Positions 13,033-26,370 of a DNA stretch of 64,000 bases are shown one piece after another (the first letter of the stretch is position 1; each line of letters starts with the position of its first letter). This DNA comes from Octopus sinensis (lineage: Eukaryota), in the NCBI RefSeq assembly GCF_006345805.1, contig NC_042997.1:25978001-26042000 (forward strand). The letters run 5' to 3'. The translations under genes and the position numbers were made by a program. The notes under the pieces were generated by a model. That model made no database searches. It saw nothing but the letters and a program-made list of their open reading frames with translations, and had not been told where the DNA came from.

Positions 13033-13341
13033 GTAAAGACCATGAGATTCCACCTATATATTTCCCTTCTGTGGCACAAGACAGGGCAAGGTTTTTTAGT
13101 GGAAGACCAGCAGTCACATACGCTTACCAACTCACTTATCCATGCCACTGATGTTGTCCCAGGGAAAAGCAAAGGCTGAAACCAGTGACGCCGCAAAGCA
13201 TTTCTACAGCTGAGTGAATTGGAGCAACGTGAAATAAGGCGCCTTGCTAAAAACTACAAAACACAGCCCGATCCAGGGATCGAACTTGCAACCTTACGAT
13301 TGTAAAGCTCGATGCTCAAATCACAGAGCCAAATACATTCA
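13033..13341 (-). mobile_element. SINE family E (tRNA head + Meta-like body + RTE-like tail), decayed
   Basis: ttatttcacgttgctccaattcactcagctg body; tail ccttgccctgtcttgtgccac is homologous to 28974-29301. Confidence 0.6.
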
Positions 13342-13899
13342 AGTGTGTGTGTGTGTGCATGTGTGAGAATGTGTATGCATTGCTCATTTATATTTAATCC
13401 GATGTGTATGCCTTCATCTTTAAAAAATTAATGTAAGTATTCTTTCAATCTTTGCAATGAATTATGTCATATTCATTCATCATTCTAGCTTGTTTATCAT
13501 GTGCTAAACATACGTGCTATACAAAGTTACACGCAGAAACATACACATAGATGGGCGTATGAGAGAGAGAGAGTGTGTGTGTGTGTGTGTGTGTATACTC
13601 AGTACTTCATATATCCGACACAAAGAACACTACATCATTAGAATAATAACCCTTTAGTAATACTTAAAAGGGTGTTTGTTATGGCCGGTTAGAGAGTGAC
13701 CATTAATTTTGCATATATAAAATTCTCTTAGCTGTATGGGTGCCTGATGTGAATCGTTGGCCGTAGGTAGAGAACCTCTCCACAACCTAAGTAAGGAACA
13801 GATAGTGGTCAGTTAAGATTCTACACAAAAACTACCGGAACGAAATTGTACTGACAATAAATCTGGGTGGGGCGAAGTTATCCCCCTTACATTGGTTAG

Positions 13900-14520
13900 T
13901 GTTGAGTCTAAAATGGATCAGTGTGTAGACGATTGCTTTTCCTTGTCGGCAAACAGGGAATTCCATGTTTCCGACATGAATTTTCACTGAATTGGGCACA
14001 AAATAAGCCAAAATAAGCGAATCAGCTGAGGTTTTGATGGTTCTTCCTCTCTCAGCTACATCACCTCGCCCTCTGACAGGACCCTTCTCTTTGCTAAGAG
14101 AAGTTTGGAGGTTAATCTTGGTTTCAAGGCCTCTTACATAGCAGAACAAGTTGATGTCAGTCCCAGAACAGCTGTCAGGTATCTCCACAAACTTGGTTAC
14201 CATGGCAGAGCAGTAAGAAGGAAGGCAATACTTCGACCAGCCAACATCAAGCAGAGAAAAGATTGCACCAGTGAGATGGTGGAGAAGCTAGTGGCATTTT
14301 GGGACACTCTTACATTCTCTGATGAGTCCAGATTTGCTCTATTTCCTGACAGTGGTCGAGTGTGGGTTTAGAGGCTCTGTGATCAAGAATTTGATGTGAA
14401 AAGATTGCAGCCACCAATGAAACACGGTAGCTATTCTGCGATGGTCTGGGGAGCAATTTGGAGCAATGGTTGATCGGGGCTAGTGGAGCATGAGGGAAGC
14501 ATAAAATATTCACATTATAA
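13900..14520 (+). mobile_element. Truncated, decayed Tc1-family transposase
   Basis: ..VSPRTAVRYLHKLGYHGRAVRRKAILRPANIKQR..TFSDESRFALFPDSGRVWV*R..MVWGAIW: HTH, first catalytic D and VWG motif. In-frame stops; no second/third catalytic residue; left boundary uncertain. Confidence 0.8.
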
Positions 14521-15194
14521 CAATTAATAAATGATTTGAATGTGTAACTTCAGATTGAAATAAATTTTAATGATAAGCTTGTCTATTTACTTATGTCATG
14601 TCTGTAAGTATGTATGTATGTATGTATGTATGTATGTATGTACTATATATATACACACACACACGCATATATATATGCGTGTGTGTGTGTGTGTGTGTGG
14701 AAAGCAGTAGGAAAGTGCTGGGAAGAGAACTTAGATACGAAAGGGTTAGGTATATATGTATTTCAATGCGTTAGAATGTTACAATGCATTAATTCGTAAG
14801 TATATGAACGCATATACATTCGGTCTACACGTTTCCATTAAAATTAACATTTACATGCGTAGAAGCATAAATACACAAGTGTATATACGTAAACACTCAT
14901 GGTAATAAATATCTTTATCTGTACATGTGTGTGCTTCCGTGACTATATCTCTATATGTTTGTATATGTTTGTGCACGTGTGTCACTACATACATGTGTGA
15001 ATATATGCATGCGTTTATATATATATAATATTATAATACATACACATACATACAATATATATATATATTATAATATATATATACACCATACATATTTAAA
15101 TATATATATATATATATATATATATCATAATATATTTATTTATTATTATTCATCATTATATATATATATATATAGATATATATATATATATATA

Positions 15195-15231
<37 letters not shown>

Positions 15232-15750
15232 GTATAAATGCGTGTGTGCATATAGCCACCTGCGTATATAATCTCTAACGTATACAGATATATGTGCGTG
15301 TCAGTGTGTCCGTGTGGGTGTGCGTGTATGTGTGTGTGCGTGCATTGTGTATATATATATATATACATACATATATATATTATATATGGATATATGTATA
15401 TATACATACATACATACATACATACACACATACATACATATATATTTAGTCATCTCTTTTTGTACCAATTTGCGAAAACGCCCTACTTTGTCAACATGTG
15501 CTCTGGAAATAGAACAAAAATCGATTGAATGTAATTTATTTGATAATATATTGACTGGAAAGAAGACGAAGAAATGCCTTAAGTATATACTGTAATTCAA
15601 TGCATAGTAAGTATGAAAAAAAAAGGGAAAATCTACATATTTTGCTCCTAGAGAAGCTTGGGGGAAACTTAAATAGCCTTGCTGTTAATTTCGATCTGGT
15701 ATCAGAGAACCACTGTTAGAATTAATAATAACAATAAAAATACCAGTATG

Positions 15751-15841
15751 AGAAGAAGAAGAAGAAGAAGAAGAAGAAGAAGAAGAAGAAGAAGAAGAAG
15801 AAGAAGAAGAAGAAGAAGAAGAAGAAGAAGAAGAAGAAGAA
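15751..15841. repeat. (AGA)n microsatellite
   Basis: Directly visible. Confidence 0.95.
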
Positions 15842-16231
15842 AAAATGTTTGCAATATTTATGACCACACATAATATAGCTCTGCTCGTAACCGCATTAGC
15901 TTCCTTGCACAAGTAGTTTATTCTCTTCATACGTTTGCTAAGTTATTTGTCTTCTTTACGTCTTGAATCATTCTAAAACCAAACTAAGGAAATAGTGTGT
16001 AGTGGGGATTGTGCTTGAATTCGTGTACAGGAATGTATTTTGAATACGTATGCACAGACACACAGACACACACACACCCAAACACACATATTTATACACA
16101 TATATACATACACATATGCATATTTATATATTATATGCATATATCTACACACACATGTATATTTCATACTTATATATAAATACATACATAAGTATATATA
16201 TGTATATATATGTATGTATATATATATACAA

Positions 16232-16307
<76 letters not shown>

Positions 16308-16772
16308 GTATATATACACATACATATATATGTATATATATATGTATATGTATTTATATATATGTATATAATATATATGCATGTGTGCGTATGTGCGTAT
16401 ATGTATGCATGTATATATGCATTAATGCAGTTTTGTACATGAATGTGTCACAATAACCAAAATGTGACTCGTGTCTTTTAAAAGTTTCTATCCTCGAATG
16501 AATCTCGCGAACTTATTAAGATTCATAAGAAATACTGGTTGCTGTGCATTCGCCTGTCCATTTCAGGTCCATACAGGGTTCCATCTCATTAATCACCGTT
16601 CTCATCCTAATGTAGACACTTGATGCTGAGTCGGCTATTATTACAAGCTCGTGTCTTCCCACACGGACACCTTCACGTACACATGCACGCATAGTTACAT
16701 ATGTATATGCATACATACAAGCATACATGTATGTATATATATATATATATATTACATACACTATATATATAC

Positions 16773-16842
<70 letters not shown>

Positions 16843-17202
16843 ATATATATACATATATATACACACATCTATATACATATATATGTATATATATGACGTA
16901 AGCAATAATGTTAATGAAATTTCAATTATTATTAGTTCAAACAGAATCATCATCATCAGTACCATTACCATATATAGCATTCATATTTTTACTGTAAACA
17001 ATAACAATAGAATACAGAAGAGGTTCATTTCTTCAATCAATGCGTCAAAAATAACAGCTACAAGTGATAGATTGTAGTAGATTTCGTTTAGAAGTATTTA
17101 GAATTATTCAGAATTGCAACAAGTTTTAGAGAAGTACAAATGCATTGTTTATATTAGATTTCTATAAATCAACGTATGTATGTATGTATATATATGTACA
17201 TA

Positions 17203-17262
<60 letters not shown>

Positions 17263-17594
17263 ACTACATATACTATATACATATATGTGTGTGTATGTGT
17301 GTGTGTGTGTGTATATATATATGTATATGTATGCATGTATGTATATAGATGTGTGGAGTGAGAGAGTGTGTGTTAGGAGGAGAGAGAGAGAGAATGGTTG
17401 TGTGTATACACATACAAACACATATATGTGTATTCATGAATGCATGTATGTGTGCGCGAAAAATTACCCTATTCGCATATCTCTGCTTTTGATGACTGGC
17501 ATTTGCAATGCACAAGCTCAATGCAATGTGTCCGCAGCTGTGTTTTGTGGGATCTAATTTCATATTTTCATCTTTCCAATTAGAATTCTAAACA

Positions 17595-17832
17595 ACATTT
17601 CTAAACCGAATTTTGCATCAATTCCTGTACTAATTTCCGCTGTTTAGCCCTAGGAAGCATCGACGCCTCCTGATGGCTTTGACACAGGAGGCGTCGATGC
17701 TTCTAGGCTAAACGCGTGGGTGTACCCCCCTCCCCTACTGTCACGTTCGTGTTATATTGACAGTATACAATCATTCTATCGCCCCACCACCGTACATGTC
17801 TCTACGAGAGATTTAGAAATTTAGTATTTCTG
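17595..17832. mobile_element. Short element related to the fold-back element at 46563-46927, with an internal hairpin
   Basis: Shares tttagccctag..gacac and actgt.ac.tt..ttg.cagtatacaa..tctct..gagagatttagaaat..tatttct with 46668-46940. Confidence 0.55.
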
Positions 17833-17899
17833 ATCCTGTACTAATTGCTTTTATGGAAAAGAACTTGCACATGCAAGTACTCCCAATCGAAAGCTCCGC

Positions 17900-18325
17900 A
17901 AAGCAGCGGAAGACAGTAAGTGATGTGGTCATCAGGAGAGAATGCCCGCCGTTTCGGGTCCTACTTCCCGACGGCATCATTACGCACCGCCCCTCTCACT
18001 GATATGTGGTCCCGCTTGCTAGATCAACTGTTTTCAAATAATGCTCATTTTTTTTTTCTAGCCATCGCTCATTGTCTCTTTTTAAGCAAATCCAGTGGCT
18101 AGTGTACTTTGGATATCGGTTATGTTGTTTACTTTACGATGATTTAGGCCTAACAATAACAACAGTCTCCCCACACTGTGTCCAAAAAATCCTCTAGATC
18201 CCGCTTTGATTGGAAAATGTTCCGCTTTCCAGCCTGCGCCTTCACATTCTCCGAGGAGATTTACATAACGGTCAAACTTTCGAGCCCGAGCGACTTCCAT
18301 ATAATCTTCATGAGAAACCGTTAAC
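17900..18325 (-). mobile_element. 3' remnant of a HERO/NeSL-type RLE non-LTR retrotransposon
   Basis: LTVSHEDYMEVARARKFDRY..GWKAEHFPIKAGSRGFFG..RLLLLLGL../SHWICLKRDNERW resembles the ELTVPWE..KY..GW..PVEVG.RGF..SHW.W.KR C-terminus. 3' UTR hairpin tgccgtcggg..cccgaaacggc. Confidence 0.7.
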
Positions 18326-18682
18326 TAGACTAGATTCATCACTTTCTTTCACACCACATTAAAATGTCCGGCCTTTTCGTAACTGGGGTGGGAAAGATGC
18401 AGTCACCTCCCAATAGCCGTTTCACTTTTCTTCTTGAAACAGATCTACTGTCCTAAGAACACGAAGGCAATGAAATCTCAATTGGTACTCTCAACGGTTT
18501 TTCTCTCTGTTATTGAGATCAATTTGGTTCTTCATTGCATTGAAGATAACCTTAAGAACCAGGATGTGTCTCCATGTATATATATATATATTCAATGCCA
18601 GTGAAAAGTTGGAAAGAATATATATACACACACATGAACATACATATACATAGAAACACGCGCACACATACGCACGCATATA

Positions 18683-19988
18683 TTAGGTCATCCCTTAAAT
18701 AACGCGGTTTTTTCAATTGCATGAACTACAAGTCGGAGGGGACGGAATAAACTACCTACATCAACTTGCTATAAAACCAGGTAGTAATTTTACCTTGTCT
18801 TTATTCTTAGTGAAAATTTTGAAGTGTGCAGTTCGATTTTAACAGTTATTTTTTCTAAGCTATAATGGAAGTGACACAGAGCATATTCGGCATATTTTAC
18901 TGTTTGAGGTCAATAAAGGCAACAACGCAATGGAAAATGCGAGGAATATTAATGCAGTATATGGTGATCGTACAATAAGTGTAGGCCAGAGTTAATGTTG
19001 GTTCCATAAATTCTAAACCGGAAATTACAATCTAGAAGACGAACCTCATGCTGGAAGATCTGTAGAGCTTAACGAGGACGCATTGCAAACCCTGGTGGGA
19101 CAAAATCCCATCGTATCTGTTGAGGAACTAGCAGAGAAGCTTGAATGTGGTCATTCAACCATTCATTGACACCTGTGTACCATCGGGAAAGTCAGTCATC
19201 GGGCTCCTCACAAGCATTCCGAATCTAATCGCGCGCAGAGAGTGAATGTGTGCACTTCTTTGCTGACACGTCTCACGAATGAAGTTTTTCTTTTTCTTTC
19301 TTTCTTTATTTATTTTTTTTTTTTTTTTTTTACCCAATAGTGACTGTTGACGAGAAATGAATTCTGTATAAAATTATCAAGCGCCGAAGAAAGTGGGTAA
19401 GGAAAGGAGAAACACCGGTACCCCAAGATAAAGAAGGTCCTCACCCACGTAAAGTGTTGTTACCCATGTAAGGGTGTTTCGTGGAATATGAAGGTTGTAG
19501 TCCACTTTGAGCTTTTAACAAAGGAGATCTACTACGAGCAGTTTCAGCGGCTTAAGTCAGCGATAGAAGAAAAATGACCATCTTTTGTTTCAACACGAAA
19601 GGTGTTCTTTCATCAGAATAATGTTCGGCTACACACAGCGTGGATGACATTCCATAGGCTGGAGCAGTTTGAATGGGAAACGATACCTCATCATATTCAC
19701 CAGACATTGCCCCATCTGATTATCATTTATTCCGCAGCATTCAAAATCATTTGGGGGTGGGGAAAATTAGGAATTCGGTAGACGAAGTCAGAATAGTACT
19801 GGAGGAGAAATTTTCGTCACGAAGAAGTGAATTTTGGAAGATGCGCCTTGCAAGTCTACCAGATAGATGGAAAAGCATTGTAGAAAATGAAGAAAAGTAT
19901 ATTTTAGATTAAAAAAAGAACTTTTTTTATCTTAATTTTGAAAAATAAAAGAATGATAAAAAATTGCATTATTTATGGGATGGCCCAA
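18683..19988 (+). mobile_element. Full-length decayed mariner (D,D34D type) with TIRs and TA TSD
   Basis: TA at 18681-82 and 19989-90; imperfect TIRs ttaggtcatcccttaaataacgcggttttt / aaaaattgcattatttatgggatggcccaa. Pseudo-ORF from ~18864: HIRHILLFE..LEDEPHAGR..IVTVDEK*..HPRKVLL..YSPDIAPSDYHLFRSIQNHL. Confidence 0.9.
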
Positions 19989-20674
19989 TAAGTGCGGGTG
20001 CGTGTGCATGTATGAGTGTGTGTGACTGTGTGTGTGTGTGGTAGTTCCTATATATGTGTGTGAATGCACATGTGTATTATCAATGTATTTTAATTTTCAG
20101 CATATGCTGCATATTTTCGTTATGTTTATTTTTTGTTGTATTGAATTATTAAAAAGTCTTTACAAATTTATAACCATCATCATCATTATTGTCATCATTG
20201 TTGTTGTTGTTGTTGTTATCATCGATGGCTGCAGCTGTAGTGATAATTTTGATAATGTGGTGGTTATTTTTCTTTTCATCGACAAATTTCCGCACTCATT
20301 GTTTCAGCTATTACAGTTATTTTGTATTTTTACTTCGATCCCTCAACTGATCTTTGCATCGCGAATTTTCTCTCATTATCTACGTCATTGATCTACGCCT
20401 CCTTTTAACTAAATCGCTAAACTTCTATGACTAACGTCAATATTCTTCACACCATCATCGCCAGTCCCTGCTACCAACATTAACGTTAAGTTTCATTCGT
20501 CTTTCCTCTACCAATACCATTGAGAACCAAAGTATAGCAACGTTAATATTTCAATGCCTGTCACCATCGCCTAGTCAGTATTATGAACTCCCTTTCCAGT
20601 GTCATCTCGATAAATACTCCTGTCAATACCATTGAACACCTTTAATACTTCTGCTGAAGTTCATTGTCTTGACT

Positions 20675-21065
20675 GGATGGATGGAAGCACTCCGTCGGTT
20701 ACGATGACGACGGTTCCGGTTGATCCGAATCAACGGAACAGCCTGCTCGTGAAATTAACGTGTAAGTGGCTGAGCACTCCACAGACACGTGTACCCTTAA
20801 CGTAGTTCTCGGGGATATTCAGCATGACACAGAGAGTGACAAGGCCGGCCCCTTGAAATACAGGTACAACAGAAACAGGAAGTAAGAGTGAGAGAAAGTT
20901 GTGGTGAAAGAGTACAGCAGGGATCACCACCATCCCCTGCCGGAGCCTCGTGGAGCTTTAGGTGTTTTCGCTCAATAAACACTCACAACGCCCGGTCTGG
21001 GAATCGAAACCGCGATCCTATGACCGCGAGTCCGCTGCCCTAACCACTGGGCCATTGCGCCCCCA
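20675..21065 (-). mobile_element. SINE family A, full length
   Basis: 13-bp TSD CATTGTCTTGACT at 20662-20674 and 21066-21078. Confidence 0.92.
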
Positions 21066-21299
21066 CATTGTCTTGACTACCACTATTATGACTCCCTCTC
21101 ATACAGCTATCTCTAGCATTGTACTTGACTCTACTGGAGCGAAATCGTGCAACCCTACATTTGCCATTTCACTGAATCCACATGCTCTACCATCCAAAGT
21201 GTCACAATTACTAAACTTTGTCACCAGGAGAGAACATATTCGTCGTCACGCAACTGGCTAAAATTAGTGACCAAATCGCCCTCTCTCTCTCTCTCTTTG

Positions 21300-21330
<31 letters not shown>

Positions 21331-22113
21331 GTATACAAATAAAGTTTTAAATAAGACAAACTGTTATATAGCTCAATGTACATTATATACAGATAAAGTA
21401 CGAAATAGTCATAGAGGGAATTCTATTGACTTGAGAGCCAAGTAAGTACATTGACAACAACATCAAGCGACGCCACGCTTATCTTCGTAATTAATATAAT
21501 AATACATCTTTAATACAAACAATTAATGTACCACCACCATTTTAAATAATATGACTACTACCACAAACTTTAAAAGAGCTAACCCTAGTCCTATTTACAG
21601 CACCATAACTATCTCTATAATCAACATCAATTCATCCCTTAATTTTATCCTTAGCAACATAACTACTTCTGTTACTGCAACACCTGCTCTCGCTCCTACA
21701 ATTTTTACAAGTACTGTCTGAAATCAAACTAAAACTAGCAGCAGTCTTCTGTAATTATCACTACATCTATCTCCATATCCTTCGATGCTACCACAGCCAT
21801 ATACCTTAGTATCTTCCAAAATGCGTCTTACGTCGAATATCCAAGGTCATCATCAATGAGGGCACTTTTCGTACTAGGTTACTTACCTTAAAGCACACCA
21901 ATCCGATGAGCCCGATTTGCAAAGACCCAACTTCAGAGTTTTGTCTCTAGTAGATCGCAGTTGGTGTGTGCCATATCATTCCAATCATCTCTGTGCGGGT
22001 TTCAACCACATTTTGTAGGAAAATGTTACAATATTATACTAGAAGAATACCAGGTTACGGGTGTATGCATTAGTCTTCACAAGTCAGTGCCTTGCAAATT
22101 GGTTCCAGAAAAG

Positions 22114-22352
22114 CGTTTGTTCTTCAGTTAATCACAAGCAACTGGTGGGTCTATCTGTCATAATTTGTAGAGATAAATTATATAGCGCTTATTTCATGTC
22201 ATTCACTTTTGGATTTTCTCAGTGAACTAAGTGCCATGAAGCGACATGCTTTTTTGCAAAGATCTAGAATAGGCAAGGCGCTATATAATTTATCTCTACA
22301 AATTATGACAGATAGACCCACCAGTTGCTTGTGATTAACTGAAGAACAAACG
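22114..22352. repeat. Perfect 75-bp inverted repeat with 89-bp spacer
   Basis: 22114-22188 is the exact reverse complement of 22278-22352. Confidence 0.9.
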
Positions 22353-22715
22353 GTTTCCACTCAATCATTAGAGGCTGAAACGTTACAATGTATAGTGATA
22401 TACTTCCGGTGGTGGAATTATAAGTCTGCATCTCAAAACGGTACGCATCAATCTTCTGACCGTTAATGATACGCCTTGCCAACTCTGTTACATGTTTTGA
22501 CAATTATTCATTGATGCAGAGTTTAGAGAGTTTGAGAGCATACTGCTTCAACTGAGACTCATAAAAATCACGTGGAAAATGCTACTGAGATAATGATGAA
22601 AACTTAGGGAAGAACCGTTTGGTCAGAGCCATGTTAGAGAAGTACCAGGTTATGTATCACTCTTAACATGTCTGTGGGTTTGTAACCCGGTTATCGAAGC
22701 AGGGAAAAGTATACC

Positions 22716-22949
22716 TATTTCTTTATTACCCACAAGGGGCTAAACACAGAGGGGACAAACAAGGACAGACATAGGTATTAAGTCGATTACATCGACCCCA
22801 GTGCGTAACTGGTACTTAATTTATCGACCCCGAAAGGATGAAAGGCAAAGTCGACCTCGGCGGAATTTGAACTCACAACGTAACGCAGACGAAATACCGC
22901 TAAGCATTTCGCCCGGCGTGCTAACGTTTCTGCCAGCTCGCCGCCTTTT
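22716..22949 (-). mobile_element. SINE family C (tRNA-like head, Nin-like body gcctttcatcctttcggggtcgataaattaagtacc, tail ..ttgtgggtaataaagaaat)
   Basis: 19-bp perfect TSD AAGCAGGGAAAAGTATACC at 22697-22715 and 22950-22968. Confidence 0.92.
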
Positions 22950-25486
22950 AAGCAGGGAAAAGTATACCATCCAGTGGCAGCTTCTGTCGCGAACGATATG
23001 TCCTTTTAAGCTGCATAGTGCAATATTACAATCGCTCTCTGCGCTCGAGAACCGGGGCAATTCAGTCAGTGAAAATCAGTTTCCTACTCAATGGAGAATT
23101 ATTTAGAAGAGGACATTATTCAAGACAACTTGGAAATGTTGCTCAAAGCTTGCAATGACAATCAAAATAATCTGACCAGGATGCCGTGAATTATGGGCAA
23201 TTTCCGATCATCCTTATACTTGCAGGTATTCAAAGGACTTCCACAGTTTCGAGACAAGCTCAGAAGCATGAAATTGATAGCAGCTGAACCTGTTGGAGAT
23301 TATCACAAAGTAATGAAGTAGTCCTTGCAAAGTGTCCGTTCATTGGTGACATGAGCCGAACTACTATCATCACGTGGAGGAGTGGTTCAGTTCATCGCTT
23401 TCTTTTTAGCAATCAAGGCTGGCTGGTTTTCTTCTGCCAGGTTGCAATGCAAACCAAACTTAGTGGTAGATCCAGTTTGAGTTTGAGTTAGATTAGTTTC
23501 CCTCTCTATCCCAGTTCATATCATCTGCTTCAGATACCACGATGAATTGGTTGAAAAGATAGAAGGAGAAAGATGAGAGAGGAAAAGAAACGAGGGTGAG
23601 TGAGTAAGAGGGTGGCGTTTCCTGTGTGTTTTGCAAAACATGGTTAGAATACATGGTTAACGGGGTTAACTTAACCTATTCTGAGTCTACGATTGCAAAC
23701 AGGATTCCTCAGTTATAATCCGAGAAATTCACTAGGATTTTCCCCGAATTAATCAAGACGATGTTTCCTCATCTTAGGGATATTTTGTTGACATTTCAAT
23801 GTTTTATATTGTATCAACTGATTTCGCCTCCTTTTTTAGTCGATGGAAGCTATCACTGTTTTAGTATTTCATTCTCGCACCGTCTCTAAAGCAAGGGCCC
23901 TTGTGGCTAATAGGCAAAATTATCATAATCGTCATTTATTTTGCTATTTTTTGCTGTTGCTTATTGTTAACATTGCTGTTGTTGTTTTTGCCGTCTCATA
24001 GTTGTTAAAGTTGTTATATTTTCGACACTGAATATCTCTCATTACAATCTCTCTGTGTTTCTTTTCTAATTTTCCATTATTTTTTTTTTCTTTATTTCAT
24101 TTAATACATTTTTATATCTCCCCTACGCAATGCATTTTCATAACCTCCCACATCTTCCAAAATATTTTTTTTTTTACATCTTGTTTGTTTATTTTCACAT
24201 TCTTTAAATTACTTCCACCTCTTCGTCACTTATTCCTTCTCAACGTTCTTCTATCTCATATTTCTTTCCCCATTTCCACCCAATTCTATCTCATTTATTC
24301 TTTTATTCTAACATTCGCTATCTCTTTCTTCTCTAGCATCTTCTATTCTTCCTTTCTATCCCTCTCACAATCAGTCATTATATATGGTTCCCTTTAATAT
24401 GTCTTCTCTCACCACACCCTTCATTCTCAACACATGCATTGGTTACGTATATATATTTTCTATACATATTTCATTTGTCTCTTTCTTTCCTTTTTCCCTT
24501 CACTTTCTATTTTTCTCTTTGTTTCTTCTCCCACTTTTACTAATTTTCTTTTACATTTTCCTCTCTCTTTCTCTTTTTACTTTCTCTCTATCAATCTCTA
24601 CTTCACATCTCTTTAATCTTGTTCTTACTCATTCTCTTATCCCGTTTTCTCTCTATGTCTATATATCTTTTCTGACCATGATGTATGTCTGCATCCAATT
24701 CTAATACATTTTTTTTCAAATTCCTTCTCTCTCATCCTTTCTCTCTCTATATGCATACAGAACTACGATTGTATCTCTTTTATATTCTCTTGTACATCTA
24801 TCTCTCGCTCAGCTTTCTCTACAGAGGCACATATGTGAACACTTACATGCCCATACATATGCATATATACACACATACATATATTATACATGCAAGTATG
24901 TATGTTTATATGTATATATTTATAGATACATATATGTGTGTATGTGTGCGTAGGTTTCTCATTCTATATGACCACAATTTTCCTATGACTTCGACATTCG
25001 ATGTTTATCTTCTATGTGTCCATCCATCGGCTCCGCATTTCTATAATGCACCATCGCTTTTATTAATTCCATCACAGCTCACGCCATTCCGCTTCCTTTT
25101 TGATATTTTATCACTTTTCCAATTCCGACGTGTCATTCTCCATCGGTCTTCAAATTATATTCCTCGAACCTCCCATCCAATTTCATCATTTCGAATATTC
25201 ATATAGTGAAAGATAACCGTACACTTACGTTTAATCCTCGTGATCTTAATCAAGTAGATTGTTAGAATATTATGGAAAATTGACTATTTTCACAAAACCG
25301 GCATTTAGTTTTTAGTTCCAGCAGTAATGTAGGAATTTATGAGTACTTTGGATTGTTTTTGAATTATGGGAAAGCAAGTTTAAAATAGATTAGTATGAAA
25401 GTTCGTACATTAAGATTTGGTTAATAACAATGAGAATGAGAGTTAATGTGAAAATACGTTAGCATTCCACTGTAAATACGCCATAT

Positions 25487-25892
25487 TACTCTTTTACTCT
25501 TTTACTCTGTTATTAGTTTCAGTCATTTGACTGCGGCCATGCTGGAGCACCGCCTTTAATCGAGCAAATCGACCCCGGGACGAGTTTGTAAGCCCAGTAC
25601 TTATTCTATCGGTCTCTTTTGCCGAACCGCTAAGTAACGGGGACATAAACACACCAGCATCGGTTGTCAAGCAATGCTATGGGGACAAACACAGACACAC
25701 AAACAGACACATATGTATACATACATACGACGGGCTTCTTTCAGTTTCCGTCTACCAAATCCACTCACAAGGCTTTGGTCGGCCCGAGGCTATAGTAGAA
25801 GACACTTGCCGAAGGTGCCATGCAGTGGGACTGAACCCGGAACCATGTGGTTGGTAAACAAGCTACTTACCACATAGCCACTCCTGCGCCTA
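25487..25892 (-). mobile_element. SINE family B
   Basis: Homologous to 1902-2285 over its full length. Confidence 0.88.
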
Positions 25893-25974
25893 TATTGTAG
25901 AATTATATTTTACATTGTCTTAATTCAAATTGTACTGAGCTCAACATGCATTTCATTATTTTAAATGGTGGTTT

Positions 25975-26370
25975 TTCGTAAGGCTGTGAACTGGCAGAGC
26001 TGTTAGGGTGGCGGACTAAATGTTTACAAGCATTTCGTCCGTATTTACGAAATTTGACAAGACAGTCAGTCGCCCGCTGACACTCGTTGACGCTACATTG
26101 AAGAGGCCAAGGAATAGAAGAAAGAAGGAGAAAGAAGACATGCACCCAACACCAGAGCTGAAGACACCTCCGAAAGGGGGGCGCACGTCAAAACGGTAGA
26201 TTAGTGGGGGCCGAAATCAGTCGTGGTTTCTCCTGATGATGTCTTGAGCTAACAGGATCCTATAAAGGAGCTGTTGTGGTAGCAGACCACGAAACACGGT
26301 TGAAATTCCCCACGGAGGTCGACTTTCGTTTCGCCATTTCGTGTATTCAGGTCGATCTAATCGACATTTT
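25975..26370 (+). mobile_element. Decayed SINE family C copy split by a ~200 bp insertion
   Basis: Head-like actggcagagctgttagg..gcatttcgtccgtatttacg near 25990-26050; body-like gaaattccccacggaggtcgacttt..ggtcgatctaatcgac near 26300-26365. Confidence 0.45.

Noticed and set aside
14319-14345. CTGATGA motifs at 14320, ~19605 (minus) and ~522 (minus)
   Set aside because: They lie inside transposase or RLE coding sequence (e.g. FSDES) with no stem II/GAAA/stem I.
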